Shown here in pieces: positions 12,400 to 26,184 of a DNA stretch of 64,000 nucleotides. A program made the translations under genes and the position numbers. Source of the DNA: Camelus ferus (taxonomy: Eukaryota); assembly GCF_009834535.1 (NCBI RefSeq), contig NC_045697.1, positions 77,068,001 through 77,132,000 of the forward strand. The letters run 5' to 3'. Below the pieces are notes generated by a model, which saw nothing but the letters and a program-made list of their open reading frames with translations, was not told the DNA's origin and made no database searches. Every line of letters starts with the position of its first letter. The first letter of the stretch is position 1.

Positions 12400-15300
12400 G
12401 TTTTTTTAATGTAGGAAATACATTCAAATCATTCAAAATGCAAGTCTTACAAAAGAGAGGTAGGGAAAAGACTTATTCCCAAACCTCTCTTCAAACCCCT
12501 CTTCAGAGGCAACCATTGTTAACCAGTTTTTTGTGTGTCCTTTTACAGTCTTATGTGTGTTGTGGACAGTATGCATTTGTAGGCTTATTTTTCATCCATA
12601 CGGCAGCACATGATACACACTGTTCTGCACCTTGCTCGTTTCACTTAAGGTAAGATTTTCTCATTCTAATGTATAAAGAGATTTCTTATTCTTTTTCACC
12701 GATACACAGGACTCCATTCAACAGGGGAACTGTAATTATTTAACTGTTCTCCTATGGACAGGGATTGAGATTATTGCCAGTCTTTAACAATGACAAATAA
12801 AGGTTTAATGAATAATGTTGAACATAGGTCATTTTGCACTTACATAAATATACCTGCAGAAAAATTTCTAAGAAATGGAATCACTCCATGGAAGGATACA
12901 GCCATTAAATACACATTATCAAATTATCCTTCTTTGGTATTGCAACAGTCCATCCACTTACCATCTATGTTGTAGACCACCTGTTTCCCCAAACTCATGT
13001 CAATATATTGTTTTATGAAATTTGTGGCTATTTGCCCATTTAAGAATAGAAAAAGTGTCAGTGTTGTTTCATTTGAATTTTTCTTTTTATGAGTGAGGTT
13101 GAGTGTCTTCTAGGTTTAAGGGCCAATTATATTTTCTTTCTCATGAACTGTTCATATCATTTACTCACTTTTCAGTTGTGTTTTTGGTATTTTTTAAATT
13201 GATTTGGTGAAGATTTGATATTAAGAAAATCAGCCCTTTGCTTTTGATTTTAGAGTATTTTTGCAATTTTCATTTGTCTTCTGACTCTTTTAACAGCTTT
13301 ATTGACATATGATTGACATAACAATAAACTGCTTATATTAAAGTGTACAACTTTAAAAGTTTCTAACAGCGTTATTGAGGTACAGGTGACATACAATAAA
13401 CTGTACATGTTTTAAGTATACAGTCTGATAAATTTTCCCTACTTATATACTCATGAAATTATCACCACAATCAAGATAATGCTTTGTAATTGCTCTCTTG
13501 CCCCTCTCAGCCTCCCATTCCATCCCTCAGACGACAACAGATTTGCTCTCTCACATCGTTGATTGGTTTGACTTTTCCATAGTTTTATGTAAATGCAGCA
13601 TGTCCTCTTTTTGGTCTGGCTTAATTGTTATGAGATTCATCTATGTTGTGTGTATTAATAATTCATTTTTTATTGCTGAGTAGTATTCCACAATCATCCC
13701 AAATTATTTTCAAACAGTTTCAGAAAAGATGTATATAGAGAGAGAATATGAAAATGTAAATGGAGTAAAATGTAAACAATTGATGAAATTGGGTAAAGCA
13801 TACATGGGAGTTTGTCAAACTATTCCTAAAAAAAAAAAAAAAAAAGCTTTGTTGAAATAAAACTCACACACTGCATAATTTACCCTTTTAGAATGTACAA
13901 TTCTACATTGTTTTGTGTATTCACAGGTTCCAGGGACTAGGACATGGGCATATTTGGGAGAACCGTCATTTTCATACCACAATGTCTATTCATTATCCAT
14001 TTTAAAATTGTCATTTGCCTTTTTATTATTGAGTTGTTCTTTATATATTCTGGATACAAGTCTCTTAGATATATGTTTTGCACATATTTTCTACCATTTC
14101 ATGGATTGTCTTTCACTTTCTTGGTGGTGTCCTTTGAAGCACAAATTTTTAAATTTTAACAAAGTACAATTTATCAACGTTTTCTTCTGTTGTTTGTGTA
14201 CTGTTTAACCCAAGGCCAGAAAAACGTATTCCTATGTTTTCTTCTAAGAGTTATTTCATTTTAGTTGTTACATTTTAGTATTCCATTCTTAGTTAGTTTT
14301 TATTTATGGTAAGAGATAGAGGCCCAATTTTATTCTTTTCCATGTGGATATCTAGTTGCCCTAACAGCATTTGTTGAAAATACTATTATTTTTCCATTGA
14401 ATGGTCTTGGTACCCTTGGCAAAAATCAAAAGACCATCAGTGTAAGGGTTTATTTCTGGACTCACACATCAGTGGAATAGAATTGAATGTCTACCCTTAT
14501 GCCAATACCATACCATCTTGATTACTATAGTTTTACAGTAAGTTTTGAAGTCAGGAATTGTTCTTCTTTTCAAGATTGTTTCAGCCATTCAAGCTCTTTT
14601 GCATTACCACTTGAATTTTAAGATCAGCCTGTCAACTTTTTGCTAGGATTTTCATTGGAACTGTCTTCAATCTGTTTGAATTTAAGAACAGTTTGGGGGA
14701 ATAATGCCATCTTAAAAAAATTTAAATCTTCCAATCCATGAACTTGGGGTATGTTTCCATTTTTTTAAATCTTCTTTCTTTCAACAATGTTTAGTAGTTT
14801 TCAGTGCACATGACTTACACTTCTTTTGTTAAAAGTATACCGAAGTATTTTATTCTTTTTCATGCTACCATAAATAGAATTGTTTTCTTAGTACCATTTT
14901 CAGGATATTTATTGTGAGGATAGAAATACACTTGATTTTTGTGTAATGATTTTATATCCTGAAAACTTCCTGAACTTAATTATTTAATTATAGGTAAATA
15001 CTTATATTTTTATAATTAAATACATATGTTTTACTTAAACACTTACATTTAAGTATTAATTATAGTAGTTTTTAGTAGATTTCTTAGAATTTTCTGTATA
15101 TAAGATCATGTCATCTGCAAATAGAGATAGTTTTACTTCTTCCTTTCCAATTAGGATGCCTTTTAATTCTTTTTCTTGCATGATTGCCCTGGTTAGAACC
15201 TCCAGTGTGATACTGAATAAGAGTGACAAAAGAAAGCTTACTTTGTTCCTGATCTTAGGGGGAGAACTTGTAGTATTCACCATTAAGTATGGTCCTAACC

Positions 15301-15700
15301 TTGGGTGTCCATAGATTCCCTTTATCCAAGTTGAGGAATTTTTCTTCTATTCCTAGTTTGTTGAGCGTTTTTATCATGAAAAGGTATTGGTTTTTGTCAA
15401 ATGCCTTTTCTATATATGTTGAGAGGATTACGAGGTTTGGGGGTTTTATTATATTGATATTGGTATGTTACACTGATTGATTTTCATTTTGTTAAACCAA
15501 CTTGCATTTCTGGAGTAAATTCCACTTTGTCAGGATGTAATCCTTTTGATGTATTTCTGAATTTGGCTCAGTATTATTTTTGTCGAGAATTTTTGTGTCT
15601 ATATTCATAAGGGATGCTTGTCTGTGGCTTTCTTGGGATGCCTTTGCCTCTTTGTAGTTTTGTTTTTTTTTTTGCAAGACTTCTGTAAATTTAAAATTAA
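12400..15700 (-). mobile_element. Cluster of old antisense L1 fragments (3' UTR and ORF2 remnants)
   Basis: T-rich L1 sequence. ORF 15056-15283 ([45 protein letters not shown]) is the L1 reverse-transcriptase FADD region; ORF 15492-15677 contains SLMNIDTKILDK. Confidence 0.88.
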
Positions 15701-15881
15701 GTAAAAATTCTTTTGTGAAAAATCAATGGAATAAAATTCTTAAAGTAACAAGAAAATGTCCTATTTTTTGAATAGGGAAGCATTTGAGAGGAACCAGAGG
15801 GGAAAAGAGCTAGGATCAGGGAGGCATCACAAAATCAAAAGTCTATTTTGGATATTTAAGTTAGTTACGTCTATTAGACAT

Positions 15882-16317
15882 TGCATTAGTTTCCTGAGAC
15901 TGCCAGCACAAGCTTGGTGGCTAAGACAACAGAAGTTTATTCTCTCACAGTTCTGGGGGCCAAAGTTCAAAATCAAAATGTCAGCAGGGACACCTTCCAA
16001 AGTCTCTAGGGGAGAATATGTCCTCTGCTGTTGGCATTCCTTGGCCTTCCCATCCATACTGGTCATCACATCACTCTGGCCTCTCCCTTCATTTTCATGC
16101 TCCCTTTTCCTCTGTGTCTGTCTTCTCCCTTGTGTGTCTCAAGTAAGGACACTTGTCATTGGATTTAGGTTCTGTATGGATAATCCAAGATGATCTCCTC
16201 ATTGCAACATCTTTAATTAAACCTACAAAGACTCTTTTTCCAAATAAGGTGGCAGAATAGATTCTGAAGATTAAAAGTAAACATATCTTTTGTGGGGCCA
16301 GTATTCAGCCCACTTCA
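15882..16317 (-). mobile_element. MaLR MLT1 (MLT1B/C-like) LTR
   Basis: cattagtttcct...acaacagaagtttattctctcacagttctgg...aaggacacttgtcattggattta...tattcagcccacttca. Confidence 0.8.
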
Positions 16318-17279
16318 GACATCAAGTAATAATATTGAGTGGGCAGTGGTACGTGAGATTTGGAGTTACCATTTTGCAGATATTTTTAAAGCCATAGAAC
16401 TGAGTGGTATAACTTAGGAAGAACAAAAAAAGATCTAAGGACCCAACTTTGAAGCCCTACATAATTTAGAGATCAGAAAAAGGATAAGAGCCCAGCAAGG
16501 AAAAAGGGAAATATATGCTCCATGAGGACAGAAAGTTGTCTCTTTTGTTCATTAATCATTTGCCATTATCTTAAACAGTGCCTGGCATTTAGAAAACACT
16601 CAAAAAATATTTGGCAAATGATTGTTTTTGATTGGGTGGCCAATGAGATTAGGAAGAAACATAAACATGCAAGTGTGGTATCCCAGAATTCCAGTGAAGG
16701 AGGTATTTTCAGGAAGGGATCCTTCCTTTTCCAATTTTGGAGCTGTGCCTTGAGGAGCTCTTGTCCGTGCCGGCAGCCACACCATCCAAGGGCCCACTGC
16801 AGCCTGTGCGGGTCTTCAGAAGCAAGATGACCACAGCCTTGGCACAGCACAAAGGGCCAACTGCATCTACCCACTGAACTGTTGGCCCCTGGAGATGACT
16901 GAGCTGCTTGCACTACAATATATGCCCCTGGAACCCATTCTGCTCCCTTGTGAAGAGCAGTTCCCCTGCTTGGACATCCATGCCTGCATGAAGGGTGGTC
17001 CACATTTGTGCCTTTGACTAGTCCATCTCTAAAGCCATGGTGGCCTATTACCAGAAATAGGTGGATGGAGCTTCAAGAAGGAAATCAAAACATCCTCATC
17101 TAGCATGACCAGACACTCCCTGCTAGTAGCTGACCCCATCACTGGAAATTCAAGAAGGTCAGAGGCCCTGGTGGATGTAGTAGCTACCAGAAATCTTACG
17201 GAGAAGCCAACCATAAGGAACAGGGTTCACCTTTATACTAAATAATGATTGTGGGATTTTAATGTTTAAAAGAAAGGAG

Positions 17280-18345
17280 TAGGGGATTCTTCCAGGTTAA
17301 GAGGATGTAAGCACACACATCTATTTTCTCCCTCCCGAAAACCCCATGAAAGTATAATAAACGAGTTTTGTTCTAAACCTACAAGTGTGGGGAAAGCAGT
17401 AGAGGAAAAACCAGCAACAAAATTTTGAAAGTTGGAAAGCAGGTAGATGTGTGATAACGGATATAGCAGCCCCAAGAAACTCAAATCCCAGGCTGGCAGC
17501 AAGGAAAGTTCAAAATCAACATAATTTGCACCACAGTCTCAAACAGATCAGAAATTGGCAATGCTAGAAAAATCTGAAACAGATCTTGAAGGAGAGTTCC
17601 TAAATAAGGAAGTGTAGGTAAAAGCTGTTTGAGAAACAGTAAAATCCCAGGTCCCTTACTTACTCCAACCTAGAAAAAACAGAGGAGGGGTGCCCTGTGA
17701 CCATATGGCTAGGGAATTGCTGAATTCAGACACCGCTAGCCTTCCTCCCCAACACCACTCCCAAGATGCTGGCAGCCAGACATTTACCCTCCAGAAAAGA
17801 AACTGATACTGTTTTCTACAGGCTCTGACCTGCCTAAGAGCAAGACCTAGAAGCACTGACCTCAGACTTTCCCCTATAAATGGCCCACCCAGATTCCAAC
17901 TCAGTGAAGCTCAGAGTTGAAAAGTCCTCCTCACAGACTCTGTGTGTGAGTCAGTTTTTCAGTCTCACACTTTCTTGATCATGAGCAGAGAGCCAAGGGA
18001 TTATGAGCCCTAAGAATAAAGCCTCTGCCACAGAAAACGGAAACCAAAAGAAGTGAAGAGGAAACAAAGGCAACTGTGGAGGAGAGAAAACCGAGCCCCG
18101 ACATGACTGGCTACGCACTGGTAATGGTGGCAGCGCAGCGATGGGAGGTGGAGGTTCATGGCATCATACGTGCTCACTGTACACAGTAAAATGGTCTGTA
18201 ATATGGAGTTTTTAAAAAGGAATGGTAGGAATGGTTTGGAGTCCTCGGCAACACCAGAAACAAGACAAGGGAGCAAGGCCTTCAAAATTCTAAAAGAAAA
18301 TTGTTTCCAAACTAGAATCCTATACCTAGACAAACTGTAAATCAG
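17280..18345 (+). mobile_element. Old L1/HAL1-like 5' region with ORF1 C-terminal remnant
   Basis: ORF 18158-18340 ends ETRQGSKAFKILKENCFQTRILYLDKL, resembling the L1 ORF1p motif F-K-x-L-K-E-N-x-F-Q-P-R-I-L-Y-P-A-K-L. Confidence 0.65.
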
Positions 18346-19245
18346 GAACAAGGGAAGTGCCCAAGTAATTAGATTGGCCTTAATGAATGAGTGGCCATCC
18401 ACCCATCCTACTAGGAAGGGAGACAGAGTATTTGGGTGCATATACAGGTCGGTTCTTTTCTGATCACTTTACTTTGAGGAGCTCGTGGTCTAGTGAGGAA
18501 TATGGATTCATAAACAGCTGATGTTGATATGTACTAAAATAACACGACTAAGTTCTGTAATAGAGCTACGCATAGTCTCACGGGACCCCAGCCCTAAGGC
18601 TCAGGAAAGGCTTTATGGGGTATGTGATGATTGAGATGAGTCTTAAAGATTGAGTAGTAGTTCCCCAGATGAAGAAGGAAGGGGAAAGCATTTGAGGTAG
18701 AAAGATCGCTGTTAACAAAGGCACAAAGGAATAAAACGTCAGGGTGTTATAGACTAGAGCACAGCGTCAAAAGTGTGCAGTGAATAGTTACCGGCATCAT
18801 TAAATCAGTTGGCATTTTAATTGACTTGGTCTATGTGGTATGACTGGGGGCTAGAAATGAAACCAGAAAGTATTCTGCTGCTGTCTGTTAGCCAAGTATT
18901 AGGTCAATCATTATGAAACAGCAGAGTCAAGAAAGAAGATGCTGAAAACTGTATTCTGGAAGAGGTAGTAAAGAGCTAGAAAATAGGAAACAACCAAGAT
19001 GGTAAGTTCCTTGGCATCTTAAATGCGTCTCCTACTGAAGGACGGCAGCACTTAATTTTAGGAATATTCTGGTTGACTAACAGTTCAAAAATTATTTTTA
19101 AACTAAGATAAAATTTAGCCTTGACTAATATTTCATTTTCTTAATTCAGCAAGGTTTATCTTTATTTATTATTTTGCTAGTTTCTTCTACAAAAGTTTTA
19201 AAGCACCCACTTGTATAGATAACTACTTATAAAACAGTTCTTGAG

Positions 19246-19413
19246 GGGGAAAGAGGGTATAGCTCAGTGGCAGAGCACATGCTTAGCATGCATGAGGCCC
19301 TGGGTTCAATCCCCCAGTACCTCCATTAATAAATAAATAAATAAATAAATAAATAAACCTAATTACTTCCTCCCCACAAACAAACAAAAAAGAATTCCTA
19401 AAGGGGAAAAAAA
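19246..19413 (+). mobile_element. Camelid tRNA-derived SINE (vic-1 type)
   Basis: A box TAGCTCAGTGG, B box GGTTCAATCCC, (TAAA)n-cctaattac body and A tail. TSD AAAACAGTTC at 19231-19240 and 19414-19423. Confidence 0.88.
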
Positions 19414-21482
19414 AAAACAGTTCCGGGGTGTTTGTAGTCTGGAGGGAGAGGCATATACTAAAGAAATCATGCACAATTAAACACACAAATGGTATTTTTA
19501 TATGGCACAAGGTGCCTGCCATGTGACACAAGCAGAAGGTTCAAATATTTCAGTACCAGTAAGGTCAGCTTCAATCTTAAAAATACTTCCTAAGGACAAT
19601 GGTAATTTTTCATGCATATTATAAACAGGGTCAGAAAAAAATGAATTTGGTCTTTATGTTTGTTCATTTTTAATGAAAACACTAACCACTGTGTATTTAT
19701 TCATATGAGACTCTATAAATTTGTATTCAAGATGAGTCCAGGCCTAGCAGATAGACTTTGAACACCAGGAAAATGACAGGACACACTACAGGGAGATCAT
19801 CAGAACATAGAGATACATTTTCCATTAAATTTGAAAAAGGGACTCTTTGACTCCAATGGAGCTTCTGTTTGGTGAATTAATGGTCACCATAACCAAACGA
19901 TTGTAAGTCACAATTTAACTGAAAACCAGAAGGATAAAAATAGCAAAGACTAAACATATAATATCCTTCTTTCTTCATCTTTGCTTCTGGAAGGTGTGTC
20001 TTTCCTGAACTATGAATCACTGCCACAGAGCTTGCAAATTTGTTCCATAAGAGGGAAGCGCCAGGCAGTAATACTGTCATTGTGGGCTTCCCTGCTCAGG
20101 CGGGAAAAGGTGCACCGTCGGCAGTTTGGATAACTCTCCTTCCCCGTTGGTTGCATAGAATGGAAACTAATGTTAAAATAGTCAGCGTCGGGTCTACCTT
20201 ACCTTTCTATAACAACTGTAGTGACTGTACTAACAGACAGCAAAGTATTGTCACAACCAGCAACACCACAGAGCTTTCAATCCTAAAAGGTAAATGAAAG
20301 TGTGGTTCATAAAATGTACAGTTTATGCTCAATGTTTTGGCAACGACTGCTTCTCCATAAGCCTAGCAATAAAGTGAGTAAGGCTTGAATTTTGAGCCAG
20401 AATCAAAATTCAGGTTTTCTCTTTCTTTCAAGACTTAGCTTGACTGCTACAGAATTTCACCAAATTTCCAGAAGAATAACAGTTTATATTAACCCAAAGT
20501 GTTTCAATATTGTTAAAAGTCTATGCATATATTTATTTCTGACTTGCTTTGCATTCCCTAAATGTTCTACTTTTATATATTCTTTTTGGTGGTTTTATTG
20601 AAAAAAAAAATAATTAGTATTGACTTTTTAGCTTTTCTCCTAAGACATTTTTCTTTTTTATATAAAAAGAAACAAAAGTTGCAAATGACGGTGTCTTCAA
20701 AATTATATGTAAGTAAGTTATGTACCATTTATTCTCTTACTTATCTTCCAAATAATAGTTGCTTAAACAATTACAGCGAACTTATGGGTGGAGTTATTAC
20801 TCCGTGGTGTTTCTTCAGGCTCCTGGCTAATTCAGAGTACAACAGCAACACCTGCTGGACGTTTTTGTACTTCTCAGGGAGGAATCTTTTCACCACCTGT
20901 CAAAGTATGAAACTGGCTGAGGGATGCAGTTTCTATGTATGTTACTAACGACTCCATTTCTTAACGTTGTTCTGGGGAACAAACACGTGGATATAGAGTT
21001 CCTTTAATGTAAAGAATGATAATCAGCCTCACAATTGTTTAGTATTAAGAGAGTAGTATTTAAAACGTGTGAAGATACACATGTAGTCTGTGCCTCAAAT
21101 TTCATACGTCATATTAACTATTTTCTAAAATTGACTTTAAAAGGGAAGCAGAACCATTGCCTGAATTGCTGGTAATAAAAAATTCTCAGAGTTAAGCTAT
21201 TCATTGTCACTCACATTCATGGATATCTGTGGAAAGATGCTTAATAGAACTGATTGATGCTGTTGTGATAAAACCAAGGCACAAAAGAGAAAATCATGCC
21301 AGGAATTGATACATAAATGCATTTAACAAGGGTGGGGGTGGGGGAAAAGCTGCGCTAATGCCAACGTTCTTGTTTCTTTTTGCTGCAGTAAGGTTGGACT
21401 CGTCAGAATTCAATTAAAATCAGTGGGGGAGAGAGGACTTTACACATTCATGGAGACACAGATAGCTGCCATCCAAGTGCAA

Positions 21483-22604
21483 TAGTAGTGGGGTTGGCAA
21501 ACTACAGGCAGCCTGTGGCCTGTGTTTGCACAGTCTGTAAGCTAGGGATGAATTTTGCACTGTCAAAGGTTATTTTAGAAAAGGAAAAGAAAAGAATATG
21601 TATATTGGGAAAAACTCATTTTTTCTCCTGTGAGTCTCCTCTACTCACACATTACTACCACGCTCACAATAATTTCTGACACCAGATGGGGGGTGGGATT
21701 TCCTCCACCAAGCAATTCTTTGACACCAGCTGGGTGTCCTGCAACTTAACTTGATTTTGACACTGCCTACCTGGAGATGAGTCATATCCCATGGGCCAAG
21801 GGCTCAGTCCCATGAGACTGTCCCTCACTTCAGACGCCAATCACCCAAGTCACCCATAGCCTCTGTCCAAGCTGGCTACAAATCAGAGGTTCTCTCAACA
21901 CCCCCCCCCCCTTGGTTTAATTACTTTGCTAGAGCAGATCACAGAACTCAGGGAAACAATTACATTTACTAGTTTATTAAAGGATCTGATAATGGATACA
22001 GAGAAATAGCCAGATAAAGAGAACTGGGTAGGGTCCAGGAGGGTCTAATCTCAGGAACTTGTGTCCCCATGTAGTTGGGGTGTGTCATTCTCCCAGGATA
22101 TGGATGTGTTCACCAACCTGAAAGCAGTCTTAACCCCATACTATTGGGATTTTATGGAGGTCTTCTCATTGAGGCACAATCAATTATTAACCTATTTCCA
22201 GCCCCTCTCCTCTCTCTGAAAAAGGGGGAGGGGCTGAAAAATTCTAAGCTTCTTATCATAGTTTGGTCTTTTTGGTGACCGACTGCCACCCAGGAACCAT
22301 CCAGGAGCTCACCTAGAATCACCTCGTTAGAACACAAGACTCACATCACCCAGGGAATTTTAAGGGTTTCAGGAGCCCTATGGCAGGAACTGGGGTCAAA
22401 GACCAAACATGAGAACAAAACTTGCTTCTAGTGCTCTTATCACTGTTCTACAAGAGTTTTAGTTGATTGTGCCAGGAACTGGGGACAGAGACCAATATGT
22501 ATATTTTTTACTACTATTTCACAATATGTGACAGAGATATGTTGCCTGCAAAGCCTAAAATATTGATTTTCTGGCCTTTTACGGAAAAAGTTTGCTGATG
22601 TCTG
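21483..22604 (+). mobile_element. MER58-like hAT DNA transposon, split by an LTR insertion
   Basis: Left part ggggttggcaaactac...aagaatatg (to 21600). Right part tgacagaga...gcaaagcctaaaatatt...ggccttttacggaaaaagtttgctga (from 22524). Confidence 0.75.
21601..22523 (-). mobile_element. MER21-like ERVL solo LTR
   Basis: gacaccagctgggtgtcct, gggctcagtccca, tttgctagagcag..cacagaactcagggaaaca motifs. 5-bp TSD ATATG (21596-21600, 22524-22528). Confidence 0.82.
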
Positions 22605-22679
22605 CTATATGGGAGATTTAACTCTCATGGAGCTAGAGTCTAGAGAGGAAATTAAAACAACAAAAGAATGACGAACACA

Positions 22680-22910
22680 ATAATATAACGATAACACAAT
22701 TTTTTGACCTTTTACTCTGTGTCAAGCACAGAGTTAAGTATATTGCATGTGTTATTTAATCTTTATCAACAAATCTATGAGAAAGTTATGATTATTGTCA
22801 ATTTACCAATGAAGAAGCCAAGACTTAAAAAGGTTAATAACCAGGATCACATGAATAACTAGACCTGGGATTAAAATCTAGGCTATCTGACCCAGAGCGC
22901 ATAACCACTC
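22680..22910 (-). mobile_element. MIR SINE
   Basis: ttactctgtgtcaagcac...tatttaatc...tttaccaatgaagaagcc...aggttaataac...ctgggattaaaatctaggctatctgac. Confidence 0.7.
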
Positions 22911-23076
22911 AGTTCAGGTACACAAATAAGAATGACAAAAGGCAGGAAGTGATAAGGATCTCAAGAAACAGAAAAGCACAGCTTGCTGTGAGAAAACCGA
23001 GATTGCAGGTAACACTTCTCAAAGGGATGTTCAGGGAAGATTTCATGGACAAGGCAGCTTTTAAATTGAGTCTGGA

Positions 23077-23281
23077 TAAAAATTAAGTTACCATGTGATC
23101 CAGCAATCTCACTCCTGAGCATACATCCAGAGAAAGCTCTAATTTGAAAAGATATCTGTACCCCAATGTTCATAGCAGCACTGTTTACAATAGCCAAGAC
23201 ATGGAAGCAACCTAACTGTCACAAAAAGATAACCAGATAAAGAAGATGTGAGATATAGATAGATATTGTGTGCGCACAGTG

Positions 23282-23328
<47 letters not shown>

Positions 23329-23787
23329 GAATACTACTCAGCAATAAAAAAGAATAAAATGCCATTTGCAGCAACATAGATGGACCTAGAGGTTATCATA
23401 TTAAGTGAAATAAGTCAGACAGAGAAAGACAAATATCATATGTTATCACTTATGTGTAGAATCTAAAAAAAGATACAAATGAACTTATTTACAAACCAGA
23501 AATAGACTCATCGACATAGAAAACAAATTATTGTTACCAAAGGGGAAGTAGGGGAGGAATAAATTAGGAGTTTGGGATTAATATATACACACCACTATAT
23601 ATAAATACAAACAACAAGGACCTGCTGTATTGCACAGGGAACTATATTCAATATCTTGTAATAACCTATAATGGAGAAGAATCTGGAAAGGAATATATAC
23701 ATATGAATCATTTTGCTGTACACCTGAAACCAACCCAACATTGTGAATTAACTATACTTCAATTAAAATGTAACTAAATAAATAATG
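23077..23787 (+). mobile_element. 5'-truncated L1 (ORF2 end + 3' UTR) with internal (CA)n at ~23286-23326, inserted in L2-like sequence
   Basis: ccccaatgttcatagcagcactgtttacaatagccaagacatggaagcaacctaa motif. TSD AATTGAGTCTGGA / AATTGGGTCTGGA at 23064-23076 and 23788-23800. Confidence 0.92.
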
Positions 23788-26184
23788 AATTGGGTCTGGA
23801 GAGATGGGAAAGACTTAAGTATGTGACACTGTGGTGAAGGGCCAGGAGCCATGGAAGAGCCTGGAGGCACTGGGGGTGCTGGGGGGACAGGGAGTCCCAC
23901 TTAACAGGATGAGAATGTGCATGGAGGAGGGCTGGGAGACCAGTGGGAAACCTAGATCAGAGGGAGGTCCTGGACGGCACTGATGCTGAACTCAGGGGGA
24001 AAGAAGGAATGGAAATGTGACTCAACATTTATGCCTAAACAATTGACACAGTCAACCTGATGTGCTGGGGAGATTAACCTGAGGAGGGTGCACTGGATGG
24101 ACTAGAGGAACGAGAATAGAGGCAGAAACATGAGTTAGGAGACTATTTATTTACAAGCATCTGGATCTGGGGTGGTAACAACTGAACTGGGGGGGGAGGC
24201 AGTGAGAACAGAGTGGTGGAGAGATATAGAGTCTTGTCAAGTCCTCACCTGCATTCCTTCCCAAGTCCCCCAGCAACGCCAGAGGGAGAGCAAAGTGCGT
24301 TCACAGGCCTCTCAGGCTAAATGTTGCCTTTTCATGGCATAATCAGTCTAATTTTTTCCCAGTCTCATGGCAACACACACACACACACCCACGCGCACGC
24401 ACCCATTTTACTGTTTTACAGACTAAAGATCCCAGTTTGTATTCTCTTGATAAAGCAATTATGGGATATTTATTTTAATAGAATTTCACGTGAATAAAAA
24501 TGTCAACGTGTTGGAGGTGAGCCAGGAGCTGGAGGGAGTAAGACCCACACAGTGAGGGGTACCAGGTCTACAATCCACAGGAACCGTTCTCCCAAAGGTG
24601 GTGATGTCTGTACACAGATCTACAGGTCACATTTCCTGAAATGTAGGCTGTGGTTTGGTGGATCTGTGAGTTCAATCACTTTAAAAATTGAGTGGCTATT
24701 CAGCAAAAGGAAATAAGAGAAATGAAAATTCACTCTCTGCCCTTAAGAAGCTGTAGGAGTTTAACAGGTAAATGAAATAAACATCCCCAGGGAACACAGA
24801 ATATTTTAATATGCCTACGCATTAATGCCATGAAATTACATTTTTTTGGAATGCTCAAGGAATGAATTTCTTTAATATCTGAATAATATAAACAGGTGAG
24901 TTTAGCCACCCTCTCTCCCTCCCTTTCCAAATCCAAACTCTCCTCACTTCAACTGTCTTGAATAGACAAGGTTTTTGAAAACCTACCACGCACTGCCACC
25001 ACTTCTTACGCGGGCCTGCACCTCCCCGGAATGAGGCTGTCTCAAAGGGCAGGTTATGGTTTGGTATGCTCTCCTCTCTCTTGAGGGAGAACCAGAACAT
25101 GGAAGGGCCCTATTACCCTGAGATTGTGAATGCATCAAGACACAAAGAGGAGAGAAGAAGACATGGCCGGGAGGAAAAACAAACTCAGATCCCGAGAGAG
25201 GCTTTGTCAAACATTGAGCTTGAAGAGCAGGGTGAGGACTCAAACCGCAGGGAGGCCTCAACACTGAAAGGCAGGAGGTGAGAGATTGGAATGTGGAGGG
25301 GACGGAGTTGGTGAGTCAGGCCAGCCGACAGGAGGTGCTCACACGGAGGTGCAGAGAAGTCTGGCCTGTTCACACAGGCAGAGGAGCCCCTTAAAGGGGA
25401 TGCCAGGCTGGACAGCCACAGTCTACTGACTGTAAATGTGTTCTGGACGACTGGACGTCCCAGGACAATGGTACTAACAAATCTAAGTACATACATGCAG
25501 AAAGGATGACACACAGCAAAGAGCCACTGTAATCAAATAAGATTCATCAAGTGTATTCTCTTCAGGATGAGCTTTGACTCAGATTTGGAAGCTCATGTTC
25601 CAGGCCTTCTTTGCGATTGTTGATTCATCTAGTCCAATTCCCAACAGCCAGTGATCACCTTTTTTTTTTTAACTCAATTGTGCCTTTGAATCCCGAGTCC
25701 CACTCCCGCGATGCACAAATCGTCGCTGAGCTCACAAGGACAGATCCCAGGAAAGGAGGCAGCGGGATTGTGGGAGGAACGATTCCGGGGGCCTGCTTGA
25801 TATTCACTGGACACTCTTACTTCACTTTGTGGGTTTACAGTGTGGCAGCTGCGTTTCCATTTCTCCTGTAAAGCTAGCTGCAAAGAAATGTCACGAATTA
25901 AAACAGACCAAAAAAGACCGCAGATTACTTTACCAGTTACCCCCAAGTTGACAGTCTATAGATTACAACCAAATCTTAAAGTGTTTCATTGGTCAACAGG
26001 ATTTTTCTGTAGCTCTCAAGTATCTATTTGAAGACATAAAGCATGTGAAGTTTTCTGCTCAGAGCCACAGTTTAGAACTTAAGTAATACAGTGTAAGCCT
26101 ACCTACAGTTTTATGAGATTTTCTGTTAAGCTTTTGGGGGTTTGGACTGCTTGCTGTCATCCTTCATTTTCAAAGAAGACATTT

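Noticed and set aside
15056..15677. Reverse transcriptase-like ORFs suggesting an active element or novel RT system
   Set aside because: Short, frameshifted L1 ORF2 remnants within decayed L1 sequence.
19250..19325. tRNA-like sequence with A and B boxes (also 26260-26332)
   Set aside because: It is the head of a SINE with a (TAAA)n body, A tail and TSD, not a tRNA gene.
25066..25281. 71-aa charged ORF (MLSSLLRENQNMEGPYYPE...)
   Set aside because: No recognisable homology, promoter or splice context; length is consistent with chance.
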